From Torpedo marmorata (taxonomy: Eukaryota): 64,000 nt of DNA. The position numbers and the translations under genes are program-made. Positions 1 to 11,832 of this stretch are shown piece by piece (the first letter of the stretch is position 1; the number at the start of each line of letters is the position of its first letter). Location of the stretch: NCBI GenBank assembly GCA_977017645.1, contig OZ360232.1:8742001-8806000 (forward strand), in the 5' to 3' direction. Under the pieces are notes generated by a model that saw only the letters and a list, made by a program, of their open reading frames with translations, was not told where the DNA came from and did not search any database.

Positions 1-367
1 GTAGATTGTACGTAATCTTTTCTAATGGTATACATGAACGTAATTCTGCATGCAATCTATCTAAATTCAAATCTAAATCTGATTTCCAAGTAATAGCAAT
101 ACATTTTTTTGAAACCGCTAAAACAATTCGTAAAAATTCTATTTGATACATATTTAATCTATTTCTAATACTAAATTTTTTAATATCTCCAAATAAAAAT
201 AACATAGGATCCATTGGAAATATAATATTAAAAATTCTATCTAAAATTTTTTTAACTTTAGACCAAAAGTCCTTGATTTTAGGACATAACCATGTTGAAT
301 GAACAAAAGAACCAATTTCATCCTTGCATCTAAAACACATATCTGATAATGCCGGATTAAATTTCTT
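1..367 (-). mobile_element. L1/Tx1-clade LINE, ORF2 C-terminal fragment
   Basis: Minus strand translates to CFRCKDEIGSFVHSTWLCPKIKDFW (CCHC finger) and later to WKSD...CIPLEKITY. Same family as 48440-49142 and 50101-50663. Confidence 0.8.
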
Positions 368-576
368 TTTGAATCTTGAATCTTGAATCATACTTAAAAG
401 CAGAAGTGGAATCAGCAAACGAAGAATACAGACGACAGCCAGAGTTTCTGAATTAGGGCTTCATACCAGAAGGGGGTGCAAATAGTATTCATCTTATTTA
501 CTTATTTCCATATGATTCTATAATATTTTAGCTGCTAAGCTCTCTCTCCAATTCTTCTTCCCCGTTATAGATCCCT

Positions 577-931
577 CAGGAAGAGGTATAAGTGCCACAA
601 GACTTACACCACCAGGTTCAGGAACAGCTGCTACCCCTCCACCATCAGACTCCTCCTCAACAACAACAAACTCAATCAGGGACTCATTTAAGGACTCTTA
701 CTTGTGCACTTTATTGATTTTTTAAAATTCTCTCTGTATTGCACAGTCGGTTTGTTTACATTCGTTATCTGTTTATAGTTCTTTATTTGTTTACATGTAT
801 ACGCTGTGTACAGTTTGTTTTTTTGCACTACCAATTAGTGGTAATTCTGCCTCGCCCGCAGAAAAAGAATCTCAGGGTGGTATGTGATGTCATGTATGTA
901 CTCTGACAATAAATCTGAATTCTGAAATCTG
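577..931 (+). mobile_element. Rex1/Babar-type LINE 3' end
   Basis: Encodes GRGISA/TTRFRNSCYPSTIRL-like C-terminus, then 3' UTR, AATAAA and a TCTGAA-repeat tail. Near-copy at 29790-30423. Confidence 0.8.
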
Positions 932-2339
932 ACATCAGATGAAACTGATAGCATGCATTGTGATGTAAACTTATTTGTACTGGGATGCTTGGCTTGACAT
1001 GCTTTAATTGCTCAGTCCTCTTTTTGTGATTGGACAATATAAATCCATGACTAAAATAAACCTCTGCTGGTATTCTTGTGCTCTGTATGAAATCAATAAT
1101 TCATTGAATGCAATAGAAGGCAGTCACTACAACAAATCCTCAACATAGAATAAAAGAGATGGAATCAAGAGCAGGCCACATGTTACAAAATAGAAAATGC
1201 TGGGCAAACTCAAATAGTCACCCCTTTTTCTTCAATACAGGTAGTAGATCCAACCACTTATGTGAGACTCACTCACTCCCGACTTAATTTTACAATACAT
1301 CACCTAATATGAGGCCATTGACTGATGTGATTTGTTTTGGCATTTACAGATTCTTCATAAATTGATTAGTCAATTGTCACTGATGTTGTATTAGCAAATG
1401 CAAATTCGAAGAACTTTGGCTGACTACTCACAATTGATTTCAGGGTTCTGATATTTGGTCAAGGAAATCTATCATTCCTTCAAAGACAACCTGAAATGGT
1501 GGCATGAGTAATGACAATGTATTAAACATAGAATCAAATATTTTTTTCAGTGTCATTAACCTGATTTAAATGAGTTTAAAAAAGGTCAAGACATGGAAAA
1601 CATCACAATTCCAATGGTATAAAATTATTTAGCACGGACAATTACAAACGAAACAAAGGCTCAACAGTGCATTGCAGAGAAAGGTTAACTCTGTGCTCAG
1701 TGTTTCACAATTGTAAATGTACTCTTTACAAGCTAATTTCTAATTTTCTATCCACCGAAACATTAAGGAAATTTCACGAAGGTGCCCTTAGCATCTGAAC
1801 CACTGATACCTTGAGTAACAGACAATGAAATGGCACAAATAGTTTATACTTTTATACACACAGAATAAAGGATATACTGACTGCTTTGAGCCACACAATT
1901 AAATTAAAACATTTTAGTTAAAACAGTTTACACACAGAGTAACCCCTGTTAATTTTTCTTGGAAATCTGAGTTCCTGCTCTCAGCTCAAATACTCACTGC
2001 TTATACTTGTACTTTTTATTTTCTACTGCATTTTTCTCTTCACTCACCTACAGTCATTGCTAACATTTCACTTCACCTCTTTGCCTTCCTATTCACTCGC
2101 CTTGGATCACCTACTCTCAGCACCATTGGAACCCACCATTTTTGCATACAGCACTCATGTGATGTGACCACAGCAAACACATTCACAAAATGGTTCACAG
2201 GGCTACCACCAACACATTCCCTTCTTTTGAAAGTGACTTGTGCAATATGAATTGGCAACTGGAAGAAAATCCATTTCTCCCACAGAACACTTGCCCACTA
2301 ATGGTGCCAATTTCCTTCTTTGAAGAACATTCATGAACC

Positions 2340-2531
2340 CCTTCCCCCCCTCACTCCTTTGTTCGGACGCCTGCCGGCATTTTCTCATACTTTGATGAAG
2401 GGCTCAAGCCCGAAACGTCGGTTATGTATTTCTACCTTTGCTACATAAAAGACACTGTTTGACCTGCTGAGTTCTCCAGCATTTGTGTTTTTTACTTCAA
2501 CTACGGTGTCTACAGATTTTCGTGTTTTACT
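2340..2531 (+). mobile_element. Isolated Penelope terminal repeat with hammerhead-like motif and 11-bp TSD
   Basis: Nearly identical to the Penelope ends at 54357-54515 and 56445-56635. Flanked by ATTCATGAACC at 2329-2339 and 2532-2542. Confidence 0.85.
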
Positions 2532-2911
2532 ATTCATGAACCAATAGTTTATTCTGATGAACCAACAAGTTCATGGCCACTTTACTAATTTCAACTATTT
2601 TCCAAGTTCTTGAGGTGAATGGAGGACCTCAGTTTGCATCCAATGTTTTGTTTTCTTTTCTGTTTGTGGGTTCTAGTTGTCTACTTTTCTAGCTCTTTGA
2701 CATGTAAAAAAGAGTGCACATCAAAAAGGAATTGAAGAACTGTGAGGAATCTGTCCTACCGTCTTGTAAACCTCTTTCAGTATTTTAAGCATATGTTTAA
2801 ATTGCTTTTTTCAAGTTCTAATCAATCCTACATTAACATATGTGGATTGAACATTGTGTTCACTAATATATGCACAATGGGTTACGGAAAGTAATTGTTA
2901 CTTTAAGAATA

Positions 2912-3352
2912 ATAGAACCATAGAACATTACAGCACAGAAACAGGCCCTTCTGCCCTTCTTTTCTATGCCAAACTATTATTCTGCCTAGTCCCACTGACC
3001 TGCACCCAGTCCATAGCCCTTCATACCCCTCCTATCCACGTATCTATAAAAATTATTCTTAAATGTTAAAATTGAGCCCGCATTTACTACTTCAGCTGGC
3101 AGCTCGTTCCACACTCCCACCACTCTCTGTGTGAAGAAGCTTCCCTGAATGTTTTCCATAAATTTTTCCCCTTTCACCCTTAACCCATGTCCTCTGGTTT
3201 GTATCTCACCTACCCTCAGTGGAAAAAGCCTTCCTACATTTACTCTGTCTATCCCCCTCATAATTTTAAATACATCTATCAAATCTCCCCTCATTCTTCT
3301 ATGTTCTAGGGAATAAAGTCCTAACCTGTTTAACCTTTCCCTGTAACTCAGT
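2912..3352 (-). mobile_element. CR1 LINE 3' end
   Basis: ORF 2986-3294 reads MRGDLIDVFKI...TRGH...FFTQRVVGVWNELP, followed by a TTCTATGG-like tail. Confidence 0.9.
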
Positions 3353-3459
3353 TAGATGAGGAGTTATATTATTTGGACACAGCAATGAAGAAGGAATGGC
3401 AAATTATCTCCAAGTCTGGCTGCCTTTATCCTTCTGGGTGTTAAAGGTCACAGATTTAA

Positions 3460-3690
3460 GGGCAGATGCAATGCAAGATTAATAAATGTGATATTATACA
3501 CTTTGGTAGGAAAAGCAGAAAGGCAGGATGTTATTTAAATAGCGATCGATAGGGAAATGCTGCAGTACAAAGCAAACTGGGTGTCCACATGCATCAGTCA
3601 TTGATAGCAATCATGGAGGTACAGCAAGTAGTTAAAAAGACAGATGGTACGTAGGTCTTCACAGCATAAGGTTTTGAGTGCAGGAGCAAC
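3460..3690 (+). mobile_element. Old degenerate CR1 RT fragment
   Basis: Decayed similarity to 5670-5900 (KC-I-HFG...LGV). Confidence 0.6.
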
Positions 3691-3939
3691 AACATATAGT
3701 CATGAAACTAACTATACTCTGATCTGTAAACAATGCTTTTAGAAAATTCCAGATACAATTTGTGATGTCCTGAACGACCTCCATGCACTTTGTTTGAACT
3801 CCTCTTGTCTCATCTGTATAACTCTCGACACCATGAAATGACCTTTATTGGAGGTTCAGAATCAAATAAGCACACACACTTGACACTTTCCATTAATTTT
3901 AACAAGTGCAATCTCTCATTAAGTGAAGAAGGTTATACA

Positions 3940-6505
3940 TACAGTAGTCGAGAGGTTGGGGATGGCATTAAACAAGAAATTGGAAATGCGTGCAACAAAG
4001 GTAAGGCAGTTATAATGGGTGACTTTAATCTACATATTGACTGGGTGAACCAAATTCGTAAGGGTACTGAGGAGGAGGATTTCATAGAATGTATACGGGA
4101 TAGATTTCTAACCCAGCATGTTGAGGAACCAACAAGGGGACAGGCCATTCTAGACTAGGTACTGAGTAATGAGGAAGGGATAGTTAACAATCTTGTGGTG
4201 AGAAGCCCCTTGGGCAAGAGTGACCACAATATGGTGGAATTTTACATTAGGATGGAGAGTGACAGGGTTAATTCAGTAACTCAGGTTCTCAACTTAAAGA
4301 AAGGTGACTTTGAGGGTATGAAATGCGAATTGACTAAGTTAGATTGGCAAATGATACTTAAAGGATTAACGGTAGAAAGGCAATGACAATCATTTAAAGA
4401 TCGCCTGGATGAACTACAGCAACTGTTCATCCCTGTTTGGAAAAAGAATAACTCAAGGAGGGTAGTGCATCCATGACTAACAAGGGAAATCAGGGAGAGT
4501 ATCAAATCTGAAGAGGAAGCGTATAAACTAGCAAGGAAAAACAGTATACCTGAGGATTGGGAGAAATTCAGAGTTCTACAGAGGAAGACAAAGGGATTAA
4601 TGAGGAAAGGCAAAAGAGATTATGAGAGAAAGTTGGCAGGAAACATAAAAAATGACTGTAAAAGTTTTTATAGATATGTAAAGAGAAAGAGATTAGTTAA
4701 TTCAAATGTGGGTCCCTTACAGTCAGAAACAGGTGAAGTGATCATGGGGAACAAGGACATGGCAGACCAATTGAATAACTACTTTAGTTCGGTCTTCACT
4801 TGGGAAAACACGAATTATCTCCAGGAAATAGTCGGGGACCCTGGATCTAATGTGACGGAAAGACTGAGGGAAATAAATGTAAGTCATTAGGTTGTGTTAG
4901 ATAAATTGAAGGGATTAAAGGCAGACAAATCCCCAGGGCCAGATAGTCTGCATCCCAGAGTGCTTAAGGAAGTAGCCCATGAATTAGTGGATGCATTAGT
5001 GATAATTTTTCAAAACTCTTTAGATTCTGGAGTAGTTCCTGAGGACTGGAGGGTGGCTAATGTAACTCCAATTTTTAAGAAGGGAGGGAGAGAGAAAACA
5101 GGGAATTATAGCCTGACATCGGTAGTGGGGAAAATGCTGGAGTCAGTTATTAAAGATGTGATTGCGGCACATCTGGAAAGTGGTGGAATCATTGGACAGA
5201 GCCAGCATGGTTTTATGAAGGGAAAATCGTGTCTGACGAATCTTATTGAATTTTTTGAGGATGTAACTAGTAGAGTGGATAGGGGAGAACCAGTGGATGT
5301 GGTGTACCTGGATTTTCAGAAGGCTTTTGATAAGGTCCCACACAGGAGATTGGTGTACAAACGTAAGGCACATGGTATAGGGGGTATGGTATTGAGGTGG
5401 ATAGAAAATTGGTTGATAGATAGGAAGCAAAGAGTAGGAATAAACGGGTACTTTTCGGAATGGCGGACAGTAACTAGTGGGGTACCACAAGGCTCAGTGC
5501 TAGGACCCCAGTTATTTACAATATATATTAATGATCTAGATGAGGGAATAGAAAACAGCATTTCCAAGTTTGCAGACGACACGAAGCTGGGTGGCAGTGT
5601 TAGCTGTGTAGAGGATGTTAAGAGGGTGCAGGGTGACTTGGACAGGTTGGGTGAGTGGGCAAATGCATGGCAGATGCAATATAATGTGGATAAGTGTGAG
5701 GTTATCCACTTTGGTGGCAAGAATGGGAGGGCTGAGTATTATCTTAATGGTATCCGATTAGGAAAAGGAGAGATGCAAAGAGACCTGGGTGTCGCTGTGC
5801 ATCAGTCATTGAAAGTGGGCATGCAGGTGCAGCAAGCAGTAAAAAAAGCGAATGGTATGTTGCCGTTCATATCAAGAGGATTCGAGTACAGGAGCAGAGA
5901 GGTATTGATGCAGTTGTATAGGGCCTTGGTGAGACCTCACCTGGAGTATTGTGTTCAGTTTTGGTCTCCTTATCTGAGGAAAGACATCATTGCCATAGAG
6001 AGAGTGCAGAAAAGGTTTACTAGATTGATACCAGGGATGGCGGGACTTGCATATGAAGAGAGGCTGGATCGACTGGGCTTATTCTCTCTGGAATTTAGAA
6101 GATTAAGAGGAGATCTAATAGAAACGTACAAAATTCTTAAGGGATTGGACAGGCTAGATGCAGGAAGGTTGTTCCCGGTGTTTGGGAAGTCTAGAACCAG
6201 GGGTCACAGTTTAAGGATAAAGGGGAAGTCTTTTAGGACTGAGATAAGAGAATAAAATTTCACTCAGAGGGTGGTGAATTTGTGGAATTCTCTGCCACAG
6301 GAAGTAGTTGAGGCTGGTTCCTTAGTTATATTTAAGAGGGAGTTAGGTTTGGCACTTGTGACTAAGGGGATCAGGGGGTATGGAGAGAGAGCTGGTACTG
6401 GGTACTGAGTACTGAGTGGATGATCAGCCATGATCAAAACGAATGGCGGTGTAGGCTTGAAGGGCCAAATGGCCTACTCCTACATCGATTTTCTATGTTT
6501 CTATA
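3940..6505 (+). mobile_element. 5'-truncated CR1 LINE (partial endonuclease + RT)
   Basis: MGDFN and GKSDH endonuclease motifs; RT ORF 4894-6255 with LDFQKAFD, GVPQGSVLGP and FADD; several stops upstream; TTTCTATG tail. Confidence 0.95.
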
Positions 6506-7409
6506 CCTTGAGATGTTCAGACAGAGAATTCTTTTGACCACTCAGGCACCAATAACCATACCAATGTCAGCTAATGGGAACAGTTTTCAAAACATTTCAG
6601 TAGAGTTTAAATTTTCTTTTTCTGCTGCTTTTTTTGTCTTTTGTGTTATTCACTTTGAATTTTCAGTTTCTCGACTTATAATTGAAAACACGATTATTCA
6701 TTATCTTTGGTGCAATAATGGAGAGAACAGAACCCTTTTGTTTTCCTGTTGGGCTTGAGGAACTGTTAAACGTTCTAACGTGGTTTGACGCTACATTTTT
6801 CTCCGCGACACTTCTGGGAAACCACTTGAGAAATGTCTCTCTCCATTCTAATTTGGAATAGAGCCACTGCTTCCTGTGAATATATTCAAGCCTGAAACCA
6901 ATAGATTTATTAGATACTATGAGAATTAAAGGAAATAGGATAGTGCAGTTAAGGTAAAGAATCAATCATAATCCTCTTGAACAGAGATACAAGCTTGAAG
7001 GGCTGGAGAGACAGCTTCTCCTCCTGTTTATTTTATTATTTTACATTCCGAGGTTTATTGTATTTGGAATTGAATCTCCACATCCCGAGAACCTACGACT
7101 TTTTCAACCGTTGGTGGCCCACTTCTGAGAAAGCTTCTATTATGATCATTTTTCCAGCTTATGAAATCCCTCCCAGTAATTCCTGCACCCATTACACCCA
7201 ATCAAGACACCTTCCCAATTACTCTGTACACTGCCACCAATAGTGATGTCACATTCCAATACATTCACACCCTGCACACACCTCCCATTTCCTCCATTTT
7301 CAGACACCCATCCCTACATCCAGACCATTCCCTGGTACACTGCTCTCTCAGCTTTTCCATTACAGATACCAGTCTTTAGTTCACACCTCCCAGTATTTAT
7401 AAAACTATT

Positions 7410-7658
7410 GGGCGGCACGGTTAGTGTAGCGGTTAGCACAACGCTATTGCAGTGCCAGCGACCCGGGTTCGAATCTGGCGCTGTCTGAAAGGAGTTTGTA
7501 CTTTCTCCCCGTGTCTGCATGGGTTTCCTCCGGGTGCTCCGGTTTCCTCCCACCATTCAAAAATGTACGAGGGTTGTAGGTGAATTGGGGTATTTTGGCG
7601 GCACGGGCTCGTGAGCCGGAAGGGCCTGTTACCGTGCTGTATATATGTATGTATGTAT
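7410..7658 (+). mobile_element. tRNA-derived V-SINE (HE1-like)
   Basis: A box and B box (GGTTCGAATC), V-domain GGGTTTCCTCCGGGTGCTCCGGTTTCCTCCCAC, CR1-like tail and (ATGT)n. Confidence 0.9.
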
Positions 7659-9430
7659 TTTTCCATTGTACCAGTTCCCACAAACTCTCTCATAATCCTT
7701 GACTTTTTAACCTGCCTGAGTATTTTCTAGTTCTGAACTTCACTATTACTATCCAACACAAAATCCTGTCCACCATGCACCTCCTTCTCACCAGCTCCCG
7801 ACCTGTCCCCAAACAACTTGCATACTGGAGCATGTTCCCCATTCACACCTCCTGCTCTCTCAGCTTTAAATATTACACGAAATTAACTACATTTGACCTA
7901 TTAAAAAAAACAACAAACATTGGCCCTCATAATCCATTTTCTCAATTAATGTATTCTGCAATTACTGTAAGTGACACCAGTTACCAGGATCACATGAATA
8001 AAGAGGAATTTGGAATTTTCAGATGCTTGTGCCTGTAAGAAAAATGGGATAACTGGCTAAATGTGGATTGTAATACAAAATCCTAGGCAAGAGTCTTGGC
8101 TGACCTCAATCCTGCATCGTATGTTACATGATATTTCCACAATCGCATGTGTTTCAAATGTCATTTACTCTTGAACAGCAAGTGTGGCACAGCTCATATT
8201 CTTCAACTTGTTTAGTCACATCACTTTTAAAAATTAGAGAAACATTAACATTTTAGTAATACTTGAATTGAAGACTTGAATGAAAGAAACAATCTGAGAT
8301 CATCAAAATAGAACAAAATAAAGCTTTGGAAAATACTTCAAAAAATATTTTGGCCATCGCATAAAATTTTCAGATTCCAAAATTGCATTTGACAACTTGG
8401 TTTGCATAAAATAATCAATGTCCTTGCAAGTGGAAATATTTCTTGATAATAGAGCAGAATAGATTATATTATAGAAATTAAATAATGCTGAAATTCATTA
8501 GCTCAAGCTTTCTCTGAGACAATGCTTATTATCTGTGATCTTACAGCTGCTCTGTTTTGTGCCACTATTTGCACATTAGCCCTCTAGCATTTGACAACCA
8601 TCCAAAAATAATGGTTCTGCTCCATTAGATCAAGCTCAAATTTTATGGAATTGGCCTCAACACTGAAAGCATTTGCTTTTCTTTACATTTTAAAAATATT
8701 TTACAATATACCACAGACAGAAAATGAGCTGTTAAATGAAAAATGCTTAATGTACAACCATGTATTGTAAATTAGACATTTATACTTTGGTAAAGGGTCA
8801 GGCAGTATTTCTGGAAAGAGAACAGAGATAATATTTCAGACTGAATATTTTTTTTGATTTTCATTTCTACTTTGATACTTCAAATGAAAATTGATTAAAA
8901 AAAATCACTTTTGACAACTTTATTCCCCCCCCACCTTCTTATTTCTTCTGACCAGACATATTTTTAAAAAGGCAAATCAATAATTTGAATTTAACCATGT
9001 AGTGTGAAGAGTTTTCTTGGATGATCTTGCTGGATAATTTTTTTATAGTTTTCATGGAGGACTTTCTGGTTTCTTTTTAATACAGCTCTACAGTTACACA
9101 TGAGAGAAATACCATTCTAGTGCAAATATTTGAAATTCCTTTTGAAACTTCTGAAGGGGTTGTGTATTGTAGCTTGAGTTCAGACTCCGATCCACAGTAA
9201 ATTAGATTTTGTTTTCATGTACGCGGAAAATGAAGCCAAGCAGCAGTCTTTCTCTAATATTGCATATTCTTTCTCTTCTTTTTGTTCATCAAAAATAACT
9301 AATATGTTCACTCATTTTCTGCAAAGGAGATCCTCAATGAATTAAAGGACAGATGCAGTGCAAGATGGGCAAATGTGATATTATACACTTTGGTAAGAAA
9401 AGCGGAAAGGCAGGATGTTATTCAAATAGC

Positions 9431-11382
9431 AGGTGTCACCGACTTCATCAAGACCTGCGTGGATGAGTGTGTGCCCACGCGCAAATACCGGGTGTTCCCC
9501 AACCAGAAGCCCTGGATGAATCAGAGAATTCGCAACCTGCTGAGGGCAAGAACAAGGGCGTTTAAGGCCGGGGACCGGGATCTTTACAAGACGTCCAGGC
9601 ACGGCCTGCGGAAGGCCATCTCTGAAGCAAAGTGGCAATTCTGGAGGAAGCTAGAGACAGAGACAGACACACGCCAGCTATGACAGGGAGTGCAGGCCAT
9701 TACAGCCTACAAAGCGAGGGCAAACACTATAGACGGCTGTGATGCTTCACTACCCGATGAGCTGAACACCTTCTATGCCCGCTTTGAGAAGAAGAACAAA
9801 ACAGTGCCTACTAGAATCCCTGAAAAGGCTGAGAACCCTGTGATATCTGTCTCTGAGGGCGACGTCAGAACATCATTCAAGAGGGTGAACCCTCGTAAGG
9901 CGTCAGGCCCTGACGGCTTACCTGGCAGGGTACTGAAAATCTGCGCCAACCAACTAGCCGGAGTGTTCACGAACATTTTCAACCCCTCATTGCAGCAGTC
10001 AAAGGTTCCCAACTGCTTCAAAAGGGCATCAATCATCACGGAACCCAAGAAGAGTAGTATGAGCTGCCTCACCGACTACCACCCAGTAGCACTAACTTCT
10101 ACTGTGATGAAATGCTTTGAGAGGCTGGTCATGGCCAGAATTAACACATACCTAAGCAAAGATCTGGACCCACTGCAATTCGCCTATCGTCACAATCGCT
10201 CCACAGCAGATGCAATATCGCTGGCTCTCCACTCAGCTCTGGATCACCTCGAAAACAGCAATTCATACATACGGCTGCTCTTCATCGACTACAGCTCGGC
10301 CTTCAATACCATTATTCCCTCAGTGCTGGTCAAGAAGCTACAAACTCTAGGCCTCTGTACCCCCCTCTGCAACTGGATCCTTGACTTTCTCATCGGAAGA
10401 CCACAGTCAGTACGAATTGGAAACAACGTCTCCTCCTCACTGATTATCAACACAGGCACACCCCAAGGATGCGTGCTTAGCCCACTGCTCTACTTATTAT
10501 ACACCCATGACTGTGTGGCCAGGCACAATTCCAATGCCATCTACAAGTTTGCCAATGACACCACAGTTGTCTGCAGAATCACAAATGGCTATGAGGAAGC
10601 GTTCAGGAGGGAGATAGATCAGCTCGTTGAATGGTATAACGACAACAACCTTGTGCTCAATGTCAGCAAAACCAAGGAAATTATTGTGGACTTCATGAGG
10701 AAGTCAGGGGAACACAACCCAGTCTTCATCGAGGGCTCAGTAGTGGAGAGGGTCAAGAACTTAAAATTCCTGGGTGTCAACATCTCCGAGGAATTGTCCT
10801 GGAGCCTCCATGTTGATGCAATCACAAAGAAGGCTCGTCAGCGGCTATACTTTGAGGAGATTCGGTATGGCACCGAAGACTCTCGTAAACTTCTACAGGT
10901 GTACCGTGGAGAGCATTCTGGCCGGTTGCATCACTGCCTGGTATGGAGGTGCCAACTCTCAGGACAAGAATAAACTCCAGAGGGTTGTTAACTCGTTCTA
11001 TGACATCACAGGCACCAGACTTCACTCCATCGAGGACATTTACATGAGGCGGTGTCTTAAAAAAGCAGCCTCTATCCTCAAAGTCCCCCACCACCCAGGC
11101 CATGCCCTCTTCACTCTGCTACCATCGGGTAAAAGGTACAGGAGCCTAAAGACGAGCACTCAATGGCACAAGGACAGCTTCTTCCCCGCTGCCATCCGAT
11201 TCCCGAATAATCAATGAACCAAAGACACTGTCTTACTTTTCGTGCACTATTATTTATATTTTTGTTATAGTAATGTCGTACGATGGTTATAATATGAATG
11301 ATTGCACTATGATGCTGCCGCAAAACACCGAATTTCATGACTTGTTGATGACAATAAATTGTGATTATGATTCTGATTCTGA
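9431..11382 (+). mobile_element. Rex1/Babar LINE, 5'-truncated
   Basis: RT ORF 9690-10973 ([30 protein letters not shown]) with a frameshifted C-terminus and (TGATTC)n tail. Confidence 0.93.
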
Positions 11383-11384
11383 AG

Positions 11385-11812
11385 TATTTCATCTATACAA
11401 ACAAATAAATAAATAAATATTGTTTCATGAATATGAAAGTCTCAGATGGTTAGTGTGAGCAGTTCATTTGGTCATTCAACATTCTCAATGCCCGTGGGAA
11501 GAAGCTGTTCCTCAGCCTAGTGGTGTTAGATCTGATACTCCTGTATCTCTTCCCCGACAGGAGCAGCTGAAAGATGCTGTGTGCAGGGTGGAAGGGTCCT
11601 CAATTATTTTGCGTGCCCTCTTCAGACAACAATCCCGGTAGATCACGCTGTTGGGGGGAAGGAGACTCCAGTGATCCTCTCTGCCACTCTTATAGTCCTG
11701 TGGTTTGACCTCTGATCCATTTCTCTGCAGCAACCGTACCACACTGTGAAGCAGCCGGCCAGGACGCTCTCGATAGAGCTTCTGTAGAAGGTTGACATGA
11801 TGGTGGCCAGTA
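11385..11812 (-). mobile_element. Rex1/Babar LINE 3' fragment, second subfamily
   Basis: TFYRSSIESVLAGCFTVWYG. Same subfamily as 49197-49789. Confidence 0.85.
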
Positions 11813-11832
11813 GCAGTGGCAGTGAAGGTTCA

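Noticed and set aside
7410-7485. tRNA gene
   Set aside because: It is the tRNA-derived head of a SINE present five times in the window.
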